The notes below the pieces were generated by a model, which had not been told where the DNA came from, made no database searches, and worked only from the letters and a program-made list of their open reading frames with translations. Source: Eledone cirrhosa (lineage: Eukaryota). From it: a stretch of DNA of 64,000 bases. Every line of letters starts with the position of its first letter. Position 1 is the stretch's first letter. Location of the stretch: positions 426,994,001 to 427,058,000 of the forward strand of contig OZ024740.1 in the NCBI GenBank assembly GCA_964016885.1, read 5' to 3'. Positions 25,356-38,485 of this stretch are shown here, in pieces. A program made the position numbers and the translations under genes.

Positions 25356-26245
25356 CAACTAGAAATTGATTGACACATATAAATATTAAAAATAAACTCA
25401 TGAAACAATCACAGGGGATAATTTGTAAAGTGGGTAATCACACATAGCTAGGTAGGTAACTAATTAAAGTTTAACTAGAGCTTCAAATATTACCTTATAA
25501 AAATGATTAATCCTCCTTGTATATATTTCATTAAAGAAATATATTTCACCAATAATCCGTAAAGTCACAGTAGTCAAATCTTGGATCTTAATCAAGGGGG
25601 AAGATTTAACTAACTGTGTTTACACATCAAATGCAAATCTGCGAGTGACCCGTCGCACGTGTTGAAATTCTAAACCACTAACAACATGCTAGCGTCCTCC
25701 CATTGGCGTGAATAGGGTGATCGATAGCTATAAATAGCAGCCGAGATTTAGCTCTACAATTAAGGAGCCGTTTATATATCCAAAATTAATTTAATTAATG
25801 TTGTTAGTAGTTTTAGAATTGCAACACGTGCGACGGGTCACTCGCAGATTTGCATTTGATGTGTAAACGCAGATAGTTAAATCTCCCCTCTTGCTGAAGA
25901 TCCAAGATTTGACTACTGTGACTTTACGGATTATTGGTGAAATATATTTCTTTAATGGAATATATACAAGGAGGATTAATAATTTTTTAAAAGGTAATAT
26001 TTGAAGCTCTAGTTAAACTTTAATTAGTTACCTACCTAGCTGTGTGTGCTTACACACTTTACAAATTATCCCCTGTGATTGTTTCATATGTTTATTTGTA
26101 ATATATATATATGTCAATCAATTTCTAGTTGATATAAAATGCTCGTATCTATTCATTGGAATCTTTGAGCTTATTCTACGGTGGATATGGCGCATGTCTC
26201 GGACATGACTCCCTTAATTTTATTTTATTAAATTAATTTCGGATA
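25350..26245 (+). mobile_element. Fold-back element (~335-bp arms) with HHR and 3' tail
   Basis: 25350-25687 is the reverse complement of 25798-26136; tail 26137-26245; flanked by (TA)n. Confidence 0.88.
25880..25977 (+). ncRNA. Full type I hammerhead ribozyme with complete stem III
   Basis: Stem I TCTTG/CAAGG; CTGAAGA 25894-25900; stem II CCAA/TTGG extended; GAAA 25939-25942; stem III TATATTTC/GGAATATA; AUA, predicted cut after 25966. Confidence 0.8.
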
Positions 26246-26479
26246 TATATATATATTTATAATATTCAACGTATAAGAATGACAAATAACGTAAGACAAG
26301 AATCTTCTTGATCAATGATATTACACAATAGATGATCAACTACATTGATATATTAAAGAACGATGAGAGGATGTTAAGGCCTCCATTCACACATCCTTCA
26401 ATGATATAGTCGAATTAGCTACCAACAGGTATAAGACCTGAATCCCTGACTCCCAAGATGTAAAGTTCATAGCACGCTG

Positions 26480-26870
26480 TATTTAAACTACATACTATTG
26501 ACTTTTTCCTTGTATCATGTCATTACAGCTATTTTGTACTACATTGAAACCATTAGATGCTTTTGACACCAAATATCTATAGAAAATCTTTGGCATCCGT
26601 TGGGATGATTTCATTACCTACAAAGATGTCTGTGAACGAACCCACCAAAGACGTGTGTCTAATATATGCACGCATCGACTTGGCAGTTTGGGACACGTCA
26701 CACCACTCCCAAGGGGGAAACATGCTAATAATCAAGTCCTGTATAAGTACCCTCATGGAAAATATGGAAGAGGACATTCCAAGATAAACTGGCGGTAAAC
26801 AATCGACAGAGACCTGAAAATCCTAAAAAAAAAGTTGGAATGGTTTATTGATAGATGCAACTGACAAAGA
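26480..26870 (+). mobile_element. Decayed RTE-clade LINE 3' fragment
   Basis: Broken-frame LDAFDTKYL.KxLGIRWDDFI..KDV...RL...GHV...GRGHSKINW. Confidence 0.65.
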
Positions 26871-27379
26871 AACATAAGATTTCTTTTATTCATTTCGGAC
26901 ATTATATCCCCTCATCAAAATTTCTGTCTACAAAGGAATAATACAATAGCAACGTTACATATGTAAAACAGAATGTAGAATTTCACCGAAATTATCCAAT
27001 TTGCATCGAGTGCACACATTTTGCAATGAAATATATTACATAATGTATATTTATGCTCGAACACAGCATACATTAAATATATGTAAGGTAAATGTGATGT
27101 AGCTATAACTAAAGTTTCTGAATTATAAGCATTCGCATTGAAAGGAATGAAGTGTAAACAATTTTAAGTATTCCTCTCTGCAAACGGAAACAAAAGAATT
27201 CGAATTTATTTATTTCGGAGGTTTCGCAGTAGGTAGGTGTATATGATTTTTGAGTTACATGCAAGAAGATAGATTTTCGGGTCTTAAAATTAGCATCTTA
27301 CTGACCGTGAGATACTTTCGCCTAATCATCTTATCAAATGTTCAAGTTAAGTAAAATGCAGTACGAAAACTGAACGCTT

Positions 27380-27860
27380 CTTGCTTGTGCAAATTGCCAT
27401 CGAGAAATTAAGTCCTCATGGCTGCATCGCTTTATGTTTTCCTTCGCAAAATTGGGAGTGGTGTATCTAGTTTAAGGAAGATAACTATAGGAAGACAGAA
27501 GCATTACCCCAACTAAACCAACACATAAATATAGTTATCTTGGGAAATGTCAACCTCTCTAATGTCAAATGGCCTGAAGACCATATTCTACCAGATATGT
27601 TGCTGCTTGAATAATGACAAGCAGAACATTCTTGCTTAATCTGTCTAACATTGTCCTTGGAACAAGTAATACTTCACCCAGCACAGACTAAACGTATTCT
27701 AGATCAGTTTCACAACCATCTCAGAGCACATACATAATGTGAAGGTAATTTTGATGATTTTCTCTGACCCCATCATAGAAGAGTTAACAATAACTGGTAT
27801 GATCCTTAAAGGAGCCCCTGTACATTACATCATGTAACACTTCACACAGATAGCTGGAAA
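27380..27860 (+). mobile_element. Possible decayed Gypsy pol (pre-integrase) remnant
   Basis: Peptide EQVILHPAQTKRILDQFHNH resembles the RV.IP....IL..LH..H motif. Confidence 0.3.
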
Positions 27861-27940
27861 ATTTATTTAATAAAAACTGTCCCCAAAATCTGTTTATACA
27901 AGTTATTAAAATATATGGTAAGTAATTTATGAGAATAATT

Positions 27941-28128
27941 GTTTCTACTTTTGGCACAAGGCCAGCAATTATGCCAGTGTATTACTGGTACTTTATTTTA
28001 TCGACCCCGTAAGGATGAAAGGCAAAGTTAACCTCGGCGGGATTTGAACTCAGATCATAAAGAGCCGTAACTCTTTGCTGCAAAGCATGGCGTCCTACCC
28101 TTTACCGATACTGCCAATCCACCGCCCT
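27941..28128 (-). mobile_element. Family A SINE
   Basis: Full reverse-complement copy of the family A consensus. Confidence 0.88.
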
Positions 28129-28299
28129 TAACTTATGACTAATTTATGATAATAATGCAAATTACATGCAATATTTTAATCCTAGAAAAACCAAAGTGAA
28201 ATTCCTAGAGACAGAAATTTCCTGAAACAGAAAAGAAAGATGTCTTATCGCGTCAATAAACAAAAGACAGCGGAAAACCCAAATTCAAAATAAACCTAG

Positions 28300-29190
28300 A
28301 GAATCTCATGAAAAGATGTGTAGTAAATGGAACCATGTTTATAGAAAATATTAAAATGTAGACTAGGGCTACAATCAATATACCACAAGATATGCCCAGC
28401 ATCTAATCCCACTACACATATTGAGTACCCATACCTCAAATTGAGTATATCGTATTGGTATTCTACCTTCTTGTTTTGTATATATTGAGATAGTAACCGA
28501 CTTTTATCCTCTTCCCTACTTACTAAAACCTTCGTCTTTGTTAAGTTTACTAAGCGCGATTTTGTTCCTACGTTCTGTTTCAACAAGAGGAATGTGTTTT
28601 CAAGAAAAAGACATCTGCCTCTATTTGTACTCCTTTCTAGAAAATCTCCTTTACTCTTATAAAAATGATTATACAGCTGATCCAATCGTTCGGTATGGTA
28701 CCATCATACATTACTTAATTGATAAGGCGGGAGACTAGCTCGAGTCTTCCCCGCATGATTGCACCTCTGCCGTTCCACCAGCTTTACTAATTTTCATCTC
28801 TCGGATTGCGACTTTGAATTTATAATAATCTATATCAATAGTCGGTCCCTTTTCTTGTGACACCTTCTCCATATTCCTCAAAATCTCTTAGTAGAATTTC
28901 CAGGCCTCTTTCATTTGACCATGATAGTGTAGCTATGTTGTTTGTATCATTCCAAACACAATTCTCCCTAACAACAAGAAGATTAACACTACTAGAATGC
29001 TTCCTAAAACAGAGCAATCCATACCGTTGTTTCTTGCACTGTGGCACATTAGTAAATCTTCTCCTTTCTTCTCTTCGCGCCAAGTAAATCTGTGATTCAG
29101 CTTCTGGTCAGCTACTTGGCATTGTTTTTTGTAACCCTAATTTTTTCCATTCATTATATGCTCGTGTCCTAATTTCAATGACGCTATTTA
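28300..29190 (-). mobile_element. Decayed RTE/BovB-like LINE ORF fragments
   Basis: Peptides VAIREMKISKAGG, FYKSKGDFLERSTNRG, LVNLTKTKVLVS. Confidence 0.65.
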
Positions 29191-29418
29191 TAATACTGTA
29201 CCACTAAGGTACGTTTCTCCAGCCACTAACCATATCCGAAGCCTAAAGTAGGTCGTCACGTAAGAACCTCCATTTTTCCTCTATGTCATACATATCTATA
29301 CCCCACACCCTTTATAGTTTCTTGCTCATTTCGCTACAAACAAGTGTCAGAAGAATAAAACGCCTAAACTTGTTCATCTTTATCCTTGTGGATTACATAC
29401 TCATGCATAGACACTTTT

Positions 29419-29489
<71 letters not shown>

Positions 29490-29565
29490 AAATATTTAAA
29501 AAATAATGAATAAACAAAGAAACAGTTCCTTATATTAAACAAAAAAAGTTCATTATTTTACGATC

Positions 29566-29608
29566 ATCGCTTATTTTCACATGGTTTTGCACTTTATAAA
29601 TTAACGAC

Positions 29609-29648
<40 letters not shown>

Positions 29649-29714
29649 TGCCACCATTTTATTTGAAAAATATAATATATGGTACATATATATATTACAT
29701 ATATATCTATATAC

Positions 29715-29789
<75 letters not shown>

Positions 29790-29835
29790 CATGTCGTTAA
29801 TTTATAAAGTGCAAAACCATGTGAAAATAAGCGAT
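29566..29835. repeat. Perfect ~50-bp inverted repeat enclosing microsatellites
   Basis: ATCGCTTATTTTCACATGGTTTTGCACTTTATAAATTAACGACATGTATA and its reverse complement at ~29785-29835. Confidence 0.85.
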
Positions 29836-30507
29836 TTCTTTATTAACTCTTAAACATTTCCTCTAGCCACCCTACATATTTTGCTGCTTATGTGGGTCAA
29901 CATTAATTCGTATAACTCGGTAAATTTCAAGTACAGACATTATGAAAATATTTTCAATGCTGGTTTCAACATTTTATTATTCTGAATATGTTTTAAATCC
30001 TGAAATCATCATACAAGCTAAATATTTGCTTATTATATATTATAAAATACAAAAATATTGAAATATCTGAATTGTTATATTTATGAGGCGTAGGATATTT
30101 TATGAATGTGACGTCCTTTTTAATGTTACAATGAGGTTAGTTAAAGATATTTCGAAAAATGAATAAAAGCGAAAATAAAAAGAAAAGTTGTTTAGAGAAA
30201 TATTTGAAATTCGATGTATGTTTTTTTTTTTATTCATTAAAATTCATTTATTTATTTTATTCATTTATTTAAGCTTAGAAAAGACCGGAAGCAGGAAGGA
30301 TGACAGCACGACAGCTACTCTGCGTGTGAACAGTTCTACCACAACATAACACTTGATTCATTAAATCACTTTTATTCTTCAATTATTGGAGATAACTGTC
30401 TGAAATGTTCATGCATGCACCAAAGAGGTGACGTTACACACACCTATCTTTCTATCGTATTTCTCATTGGCGCCATTTCTCTTCAATATCTTTTTTAAAG
30501 CCAAAAC

Positions 30508-30645
<138 letters not shown>

Positions 30646-30646
30646 G

Positions 30647-30694
<48 letters not shown>

Positions 30695-31732
30695 ATTTCC
30701 TCTATGAAATTTATTATTCATTATTTAGTAAACACAAATTAACCCCCCTCCGTAAATGTCTGCCTGATTTTTTTATGTAGAATGTTTGAAAATTAAATAT
30801 ATTTTTGCTGCTATGTATTTTGATAATATTATTGAAGCGATAGTGTTTGGCAGAATCGGTGAACAAAATAGCCAGTGTATTTCATTATGCTTATTCACCT
30901 TTTGCGATCATTGGCGGTCAATTTCGTCTTCCATTCTGGTATATATATATTTACGGAAAATTAAATATTTCTCTTTAATATTAGTTACGAATTGGCCTAG
31001 ATAAAAAAATATTGCCGAATTTACAGACAATTCTTAAGAAGAAACACTGATATAGTATAATTCGTAAGCAAAAAGTATAATTTATACTGGATTTCTAGAT
31101 GTAATTTTAATGAAAGCTGTCACTGAAGAAAAAACATATTCCATTTTATTCATAACGAAGTAAAAAGAGTGACGAAATTCTTACAATATTCTTTAGTTTT
31201 GCATCCAACTGTGCTTTCAAATTGGATGCGGAGAATTTCGTGTGATCTTGGCAATAAGACATGTCCAGATTCTGTGAGCAGCTCAAATACATTTGTCATC
31301 GAACAGCAATATTTTTTCAACATGTATTAATACTGTCATCAAATATATGAATCTGGTAAGTCGAAATATTACACACACGATGTTGTTTAAAGTTATGAAT
31401 ACAGTGTTTGGAACAACTTCTTAAAATTAAATTCTACTCGGTGGTGCAGGCATGAAAAAGTAGTATTTAGTATTTTTAATGGGTTAAGTATTAATTTAGT
31501 TTAGTACGAGATTCAAAACAAGGAAGATAACAAAGATGTCTAACACGAATAACCACTGTTCTTTTAATTGAATTTATTCTTTGAATCGTCTCTTGCACAT
31601 GGATACAAAAAAAAAAGAGAAAACAAATGCATTTTCTAGCCTTCCAAAGATAATTCACAGGAACTGCCCCGAGAATTATTGCATTACAGGTGAATTAACA
31701 GAAGATTATTTGACCATATATACTATATATAT

Positions 31733-31908
31733 ATAGGAAAATATTCAAGACCCCCGTCAGCAGAGCTCAAGCTGTTTTGACGTCGAAACGGCTTCAGCTC
31801 TGACGTCGGTGTCTTGAAAATTTTCCTATTACCCACTCTACTACCCTAAGTATTGAGTACTCTGGTGCGTTATGGTCCACCTGGTTCCTTACCACACTTC
31901 CTTCGTTA
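31733..31908 (+). mobile_element. Fold-back mini-element with tail (same family as 44442-44648)
   Basis: Hairpin centred on GACGTC ~31779-31784; tail CCCACTCTACT..CCTAAGTAT.GAGTA.TCTGGTGCGTTATGGTCCA shared. Confidence 0.8.
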
Positions 31909-31929
31909 TATATATATATATATATATAA

Positions 31930-32230
31930 AATTTCAGGTTATCAATAATGTAGTGATAATATATCGTTACGTTAGAGATGAACAGCGTACGTGCAGGTTT
32001 GCTCAACGAGTATAAATTATATTCCGGAGAAATGTAGAAAGGATGAATATAAAATGAAAGTGCTTTTGTTAAAAAAGGAATCTATTAGGTATTGACATAT
32101 GTTTCTGTAACAGACCGAATACCTATGTATCGCTGCTTGCGTAATCATATAATGTTAGCAAGTATTCGATAGCAAATGTATAATCAGTTGTCACTTCTTC
32201 AGAGATTTTGGATAAAGCATCCTTTCTATA
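31930..32230 (-). mobile_element. HHR-bearing element with a very short inverted 5' arm, in (TA)n
   Basis: CATCCTTTCTA at ~32218 is inverted to TAGAAAGGATG at ~32035. Confidence 0.6.
32090..32207 (-). ncRNA. Hammerhead core with long stem II; stem I poor
   Basis: CTGAAGA-aGTGACA...TGTTACa-GAAAC-ATAT-GTC; palindrome ACATATGT. Confidence 0.55.
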
Positions 32231-32465
32231 TATATATATATATATAATTAAGTTAAAAATGTACATCCACATATGTATACTGAAATACTAGTATGCATAT
32301 GAATACACACACGTGTACATATGTAGATGTACCGAGTTTTCACTGGTCACTTTACTGTGAGTGTCCAGCTATTCTGTATGTAAACACACAGACAAACCGG
32401 TTCTTAGAGTCATACTGGTTTTTGAGGAAACACCTTTCCTCTATTCTCCAGAAAGCCAGACAAGG

Positions 32466-32510
32466 AATATTGGACTAGTTTCGATGTTGTTACATCTCAT
32501 CAGCAATATT
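32466..32510 (-). ncRNA. Canonical minimal type I hammerhead ribozyme (copy 2)
   Basis: AATATTG-CTGATGA-GATGT aaca ACATC-GAAAC-TA-GTC-CAATATT: 7-bp stem I, 5-bp stem II, palindrome ACTAGT, GUC. Confidence 0.92.
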
Positions 32511-32930
32511 TACCTATCTTCCGGCTTCTCTAGAGAATCGTGAAAGCACATATCGTTATATGCTTTTTCTATGAAAATTAGTAGTGGGCAGACCAATTTG
32601 CATAGAGCGTGAGTACGTACCGGTTCAACGGAGACGATAAAAACAAATAACGAAACGAAATTAAATTTCGTTTCGTTTGTAACTCACTTTTGTATGACTG
32701 ACGCTTAAACAATTAAGTTAAAAATGTACATCCACATATGTATACTGAAATACTAGTATGCATATGAATACACACACGTGTACATATGTAGATGTACCGA
32801 GTTTTCACTGGTCACTTTACTGTGAGTGTCCAGCTATTCTGTATGTAAACACACAGACAAACCGGTTCTTAGAGTCATACTGGTTTTTGAGGAAACACCT
32901 TTCCTCTATTCTCCAGAAAGCCAGACAAGG

Positions 32931-32975
32931 AATATTGGACTAGTTTCGATGTTGTTACATCTCATCAGCAATATT
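32931..32975 (-). ncRNA. Canonical minimal type I hammerhead ribozyme (copy 1)
   Basis: Identical to 32466-32510, offset 465 bp. Confidence 0.92.
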
Positions 32976-33207
32976 TACCTATCTTCCGGTTTGTCTGTGT
33001 GTTTACATACAGAATAGCTGGACACTCACAGTAAAGTGACCAGTGAAAACTCGGTACATCTACATATGTACACGTGTGTGTATTCATATGCATACTAGTA
33101 TTTCAGTATACATATGTGGATGTACATTTTTAACTTAATTGTTTAAGCGTCAGTCATACAAAAGTGAGTTACAAACGAAACGAAATTTAATTTCGTTTCG
33201 TTATTTG

Positions 33208-33254
<47 letters not shown>

Positions 33255-33258
<4 letters not shown>

Positions 33259-33998
33259 TAAAATAACAGATTAAAGTTTAAGCAAAGAATCGCTGCTTTG
33301 ACCCTTAACGGGATCTTCTGAAACTAACAAAGTCAATCTGTAAACGCAGAAGTGGATATTTTAAAAAACGTTGCAACCGGAGGAAGACAGGAAGACGATA
33401 CTTTGGTTCGTGGAAACGTTCGCTGGCAAAGAACGGGAAAAAACGAATAAGATACGTCATTAATAGGAGCGGTGAAAAACAATTACGCGCAAAGACAGAA
33501 CCACGTTTATGGTATAAAAGAGGTCGTAGACTAATGTTCTCTTAGGTGGTTCATAGAGACGTTCTCTGGCAATGAACGAAAAAAACGAAGATAATACGTC
33601 ATATGTGGAGCGTGGAGAACAATAGCACGCAAAGACAAAACCACGTAAATGGTATAGCAGAAGTCGTAGACAAAAATCTAACTAGGAGACCGAATGAATC
33701 TCCGCTACAGAGTTAAAAACAAAGTAAATAAATACAATACAGAAGTAATAGAAATAAATAAATACATACACGCAAACAAATACGTACATACACAAGCATA
33801 CGCAAAACACTTACCATAGGTATACAAAACCACGCACATATAAATATGTGTGTGTGTGTATGCGTGCATACAAATAAATAAATAAATAATTATATAAACG
33901 TAGATAAATAAATAAATACGTATATAACAAGCGCACAAACATACCTACATACCTTATCGAGCCCTCTTTGGATTTTAGTCTTGAAATTTATTATTATT
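33255..33998 (-). mobile_element. Inverted pLTR copy of the 35505-37040 PLE family plus a direct tail tip
   Basis: 33255-33950 is the reverse complement of ~36260-36952; 33952-33998 matches 36991-37037 directly. Confidence 0.85.
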
Positions 33999-34539
33999 AA
34001 TCTGCTCAGTATTTTTATACTTGGAGCTTAATAGTTACAGGGTTCCAATTGAGTTTTAACTCTAATTTTCATATATATTTCTGCTCCCTCACAAGTTGAG
34101 CTTATTAAGTTGTGTGTGTTGGACTGTTGTTTCTGTTCAATACACGCTTACCACGTTTGACTAGCGGAGCACGAGGTGACAAATTCATCTTTCTGTGTGA
34201 ACGTTGGCAAATAGTGTGTGTTGCATTTAATCAGATTCTCTCGCTGATGATGCCCAGGATTATCTGTTACAAACACACTCAGGGCGAAACAGATTAGGGA
34301 TAATCTGTCCGAGAGATATAATGGTTATTGAGGCGGTTTGTATAATAATAATAATATATTTTTATTTTATCATTCTGTCTGCTTCTTGGTTAAATATTTC
34401 AAACAAATGTGGTTTTTCAACCCTTGTAATTTTAGACACACGGCTTACTGTGTTTCTTACTATATATTATTAATCGGCTCAGTATTTTTATACTTGGAGC
34501 TTAATAGTTACAGGGTTCCAATTGAGTTTTAACTCTAAT

Positions 34540-34548
<9 letters not shown>
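33992..34548 (+). mobile_element. Retrozyme-like 473-bp monomer with ~80-bp terminal direct repeats and one HHR
   Basis: GCTCAGTATTTTTATACTTGGAGC...CTAATTTTCATATATA at 34004 and 34477; ends in long (TA)n. Confidence 0.85.
34237..34316 (+). ncRNA. Full type I hammerhead ribozyme with three complete stems
   Basis: Stem I TCTCTCG/CGAGAGA; CTGATGA 34244-34250 plus an extra T; stem II GCCC/GGGC; GAAA 34286-34289; stem III CAGATTA/TAATCTG; GUC, predicted cut after 34309. Confidence 0.92.
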
Positions 34549-34631
<83 letters not shown>

Positions 34632-34670
34632 GATATTAACAAATGGAAACTATATTTATAAAACCATATT

Positions 34671-34735
34671 TATTTCATTATACATATTTCAAGGATACCA
34701 AGTTAAATTATGGTATGCCTTCATCAGACAAAATA
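34671..34735 (-). ncRNA. Minimal hammerhead ribozyme
   Basis: TATTTTGT-CTGATGA-aggcATACCA...TGGTATccttGAAA-TATGTA-TA-ATGAAATA. Confidence 0.7.
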
Positions 34736-35051
34736 CAATATATACCAGTTTTTTAAATAAACATTGACGTACCCTTTCAAAATGCGACCGTTACTTTTGG
34801 AAGACATCAGGATAGTGGTTTGTTTATTTTAGTAAGTCGTTGTGTTAAGGATAAGTAAAAAGACTGAGAGAGAGAGAGAAACGTGGAGAAAAGAAAGGGA
34901 GAGATAAATAAAGAAAAAGAAGAAAGAAAAAAAACTCAAGAGAGAGAAATATAGAGATAGAGAGAGGGGAGAGAACGAAAACCTTAAGTCATGTCATATT
35001 AAGTTGAGTTAACAATTGAGATGAAATGAATAACAATTTAAATAGAACTTT

Positions 35052-35092
<41 letters not shown>

Positions 35093-35377
35093 TCCTTTTT
35101 TCTTTCTTTTTATTTCCTCCCATCTATTTACCTCTTTCTTTTCTACATGCATTTCTCTCTCTCTCCGATATTTCTCCAGGTTTTTTTTCTCTCTCTCCTT
35201 CTTTCTCTCTACTTCTCTCTCTCCGTCTTTTCTTTCTTTCTCTCCGTCTTTTTCTAATTGTGCTTAAAACTATAACTAATAAAATAATAAACATCTCACT
35301 ATCCAGACAGCTTCCAAAAATAATGGTTGCATCTAATAGGGTACGTCAAAATTATTTATAAAACTGTTTATATATTG

Positions 35378-35442
35378 TATTTTGTCTGATGAAGGCATAC
35401 CATATTTTAATTTGGTATTCCTGAAATATGTATAATGAAATA
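35378..35442 (+). ncRNA. Minimal hammerhead ribozyme
   Basis: Stem I TATTTTGT/ATGAAATA; CTGATGA 35386-35392; stem II AGGcATACCA/TGGTATtCCT; GAAA 35423-35426; AUA. Confidence 0.78.
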
Positions 35443-35504
35443 AATATGGTTTTATAAATATAGTTTCCATTTATTAATATCGTATATATATATATATATA
35501 TATA

Positions 35505-37040
35505 TATTTATTAAAATAACAGATTAAAGTTTAAACAAAGAATCGCTGCTTTCACCTAGAGACGACTCTATTTGGATTAAAAAATCCAATAGTACCCCAT
35601 TCGATGTGTGTATGGGCGCCAGTGATTCTACGGAGGTTACTGATCTTATCGGCCTTTACCTTCTTTTCTCTATCAAGGACGAATTCCCCAACGCGGGCGG
35701 TGGTTTGTACCGTGACGATGGTCTTTTGACCATGACTAAGTGCGGACCTCGTGCTTGCGACAGGTTCAGAAAAGAACTCACAGCCTTCTTTAAAGGCTTC
35801 AACCTCTATACAGGTATACCTCTCGGTCGTTAATTACCTCGACGTTACCCTCAACTTATTGAATGGGTTGTATTACCCGTATAGAAAGCCGAATGATACG
35901 CTTAATTACATAAGTAAGCATTCCAACCATCCTGCCAGCATAACCAAGAACCTGGTAAGAAACGTTTCGTTGAGGCTTTCCCGTATTTCCACCAACGAGC
36001 GTATTTTGAACGACCATTCCACTTATTACAGGTATATATTATCCGTATGTTTTGTGAAGGTACGTATACTTTCTCGTACGTATATTTGATTGTTATGGCG
36101 TATCATTTTTTTTATATATTCTGGTACATATGGTTCGGCTATGTGTATGCGGGAGTTTTGCGTCTGTATGAGTATGCAGGTTCGTACGTATGTAAGGCGT
36201 GTGTATATGTGTACTTCATGTTTTGGTTGACTTACGTCTCCGAACATTTGGGTATTTACATGTAGGTATGTGTGTGCGCTTGTTATATACGTATTTATTT
36301 ATTTATATGTTTATATAATTATTTATTTATTTGTATACACGCTTACACACACACACACATATTTATATGTGCGTGGTTTTGTTTCCTATGGTAAGTTTTT
36401 GCGTATGCTTGTGTATGTACGTATTTGTTTGCGTGTATGTATTTATTTATTTCTATTACTTCTGTATTGTATTTATTTACTTTGTTCTTAACTCCGTAGC
36501 GGAGATTCTTTCGGTCTCCTAGTTAGAATTTAGTCTACGACTTCTGCTATACCATTTACGTGGTTTTGTCTTTGCGTACTATTGTTCTCCACGCCCCACA
36601 TATGACGTATTATCTTCGTTTTTTTCGTTCATTGCCAGAGAACGTCTCTATGCACCACCTAAGAGAACATTAGTCTACGACCTCTTTTATACCATAAACG
36701 TGGTTCTGTCTTTGCGCGTAATTGTTTTTCACCGTTCCTATTAATGACGTATCATATTCGTTTTTTCCCGTTCTTAGCCAGCGAACGTTTCCACGAACCA
36801 AAGTATCGTCTTCCTGTCTTCCTCCGGTTGCAACGTTTTTTGAAATATCCAGTTCTGCGTTTACAGATTGACTTTGGTAGTTTCAGAAGATCCCGTTAAG
36901 GGTGAAAGCAGAGATTCTTTGCTTAAACTTTAATCTGTTAATTTAATAAATATTTGCTCTACGGTTCTTATATATTTGATATATATTTATCCTTATCGAG
37001 CCCTCTTTGGATTTTAGTCTTCAAATTTATTATTATTACT
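35505..37040 (+). mobile_element. Naiad-type PLE, 5'-truncated with a 50-bp inverted pLTR tip and an internal deletion
   Basis: 35505-35556 is inverted to 36901-36952; RT fragment joins directly to the 3' non-coding region at ~36030; (TA)n on both sides. Confidence 0.85.
35557..36030 (+). pseudogene. Naiad-type RT fragment (one frameshift)
   Basis: W.KK..PFDVCMGASDSTEVTDLIGL..GGLYRDDGL / VNYLDVTLNL..PYRKPND..YISKHSNHPASI..RLSRIS. Confidence 0.9.
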
Positions 37041-37061
37041 ATATATATATATATATATATA

Positions 37062-37830
<769 letters not shown>

Positions 37831-38331
37831 AAGAGGAAAGAACGATTATACATAGTGATAGTGACGATAGTCAGAGTGAACGAAGAAATAAATTTTAATG
37901 GAAAAATATACAGAGCGTAAATATATCTAAGTGAAAGAAGAAGTGAAAAAAGAAATAAGATTAACTTGGAAGAATAATATTTAGAATGTAGGGTTCATTA
38001 CGTTGTGATTAAAATATATGTATATTTAAATATACATATATACATATATTTGATGTTGGTATCAAATTCTTAACAGAATATAAGAAGTCCCTACAAAGAA
38101 TAGTAACGGAACAATTATAGAAAAACAGGATTTCAAGGATAGAAGTCTGTAATGCTAGGAGTTCTCAGTCTTTCAGGAAAAGATATAATAATATATGTTG
38201 GAAATACAACCCTCCAAGTAATGGTAAATGTAGTTTCAAGACCCTCACATTTAGTGGTACCAGTTATAAACAACGGCAGAAACAGGATCAGCACTATAGA
38301 AATACAGCACAGTGTGTGTATTTTAGTGCGC

Positions 38332-38485
<154 letters not shown>

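Larger units (their letters stand above)
32246..33213 (-). mobile_element. Retrozyme-like element: 465-bp monomer, 1.6 tandem copies, two HHRs, ~225-bp inverted 5' arm
   Basis: 32246-32524 repeated at 32711-32989; 32985-33213 is the reverse complement of ~32638-32866; (TA)n on both sides. Confidence 0.9.
34631..35482. mobile_element. Two divergent, oppositely oriented solo pLTR copies of the family ending the 45.5-48.5-kb Naiad
   Basis: Both match 48230-48445 (GTATTTTGTCTGA.GAAGGCATA...ATGAAATAAATATGGTTTTATAAATATAGTTTCCATTT). Confidence 0.8.
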
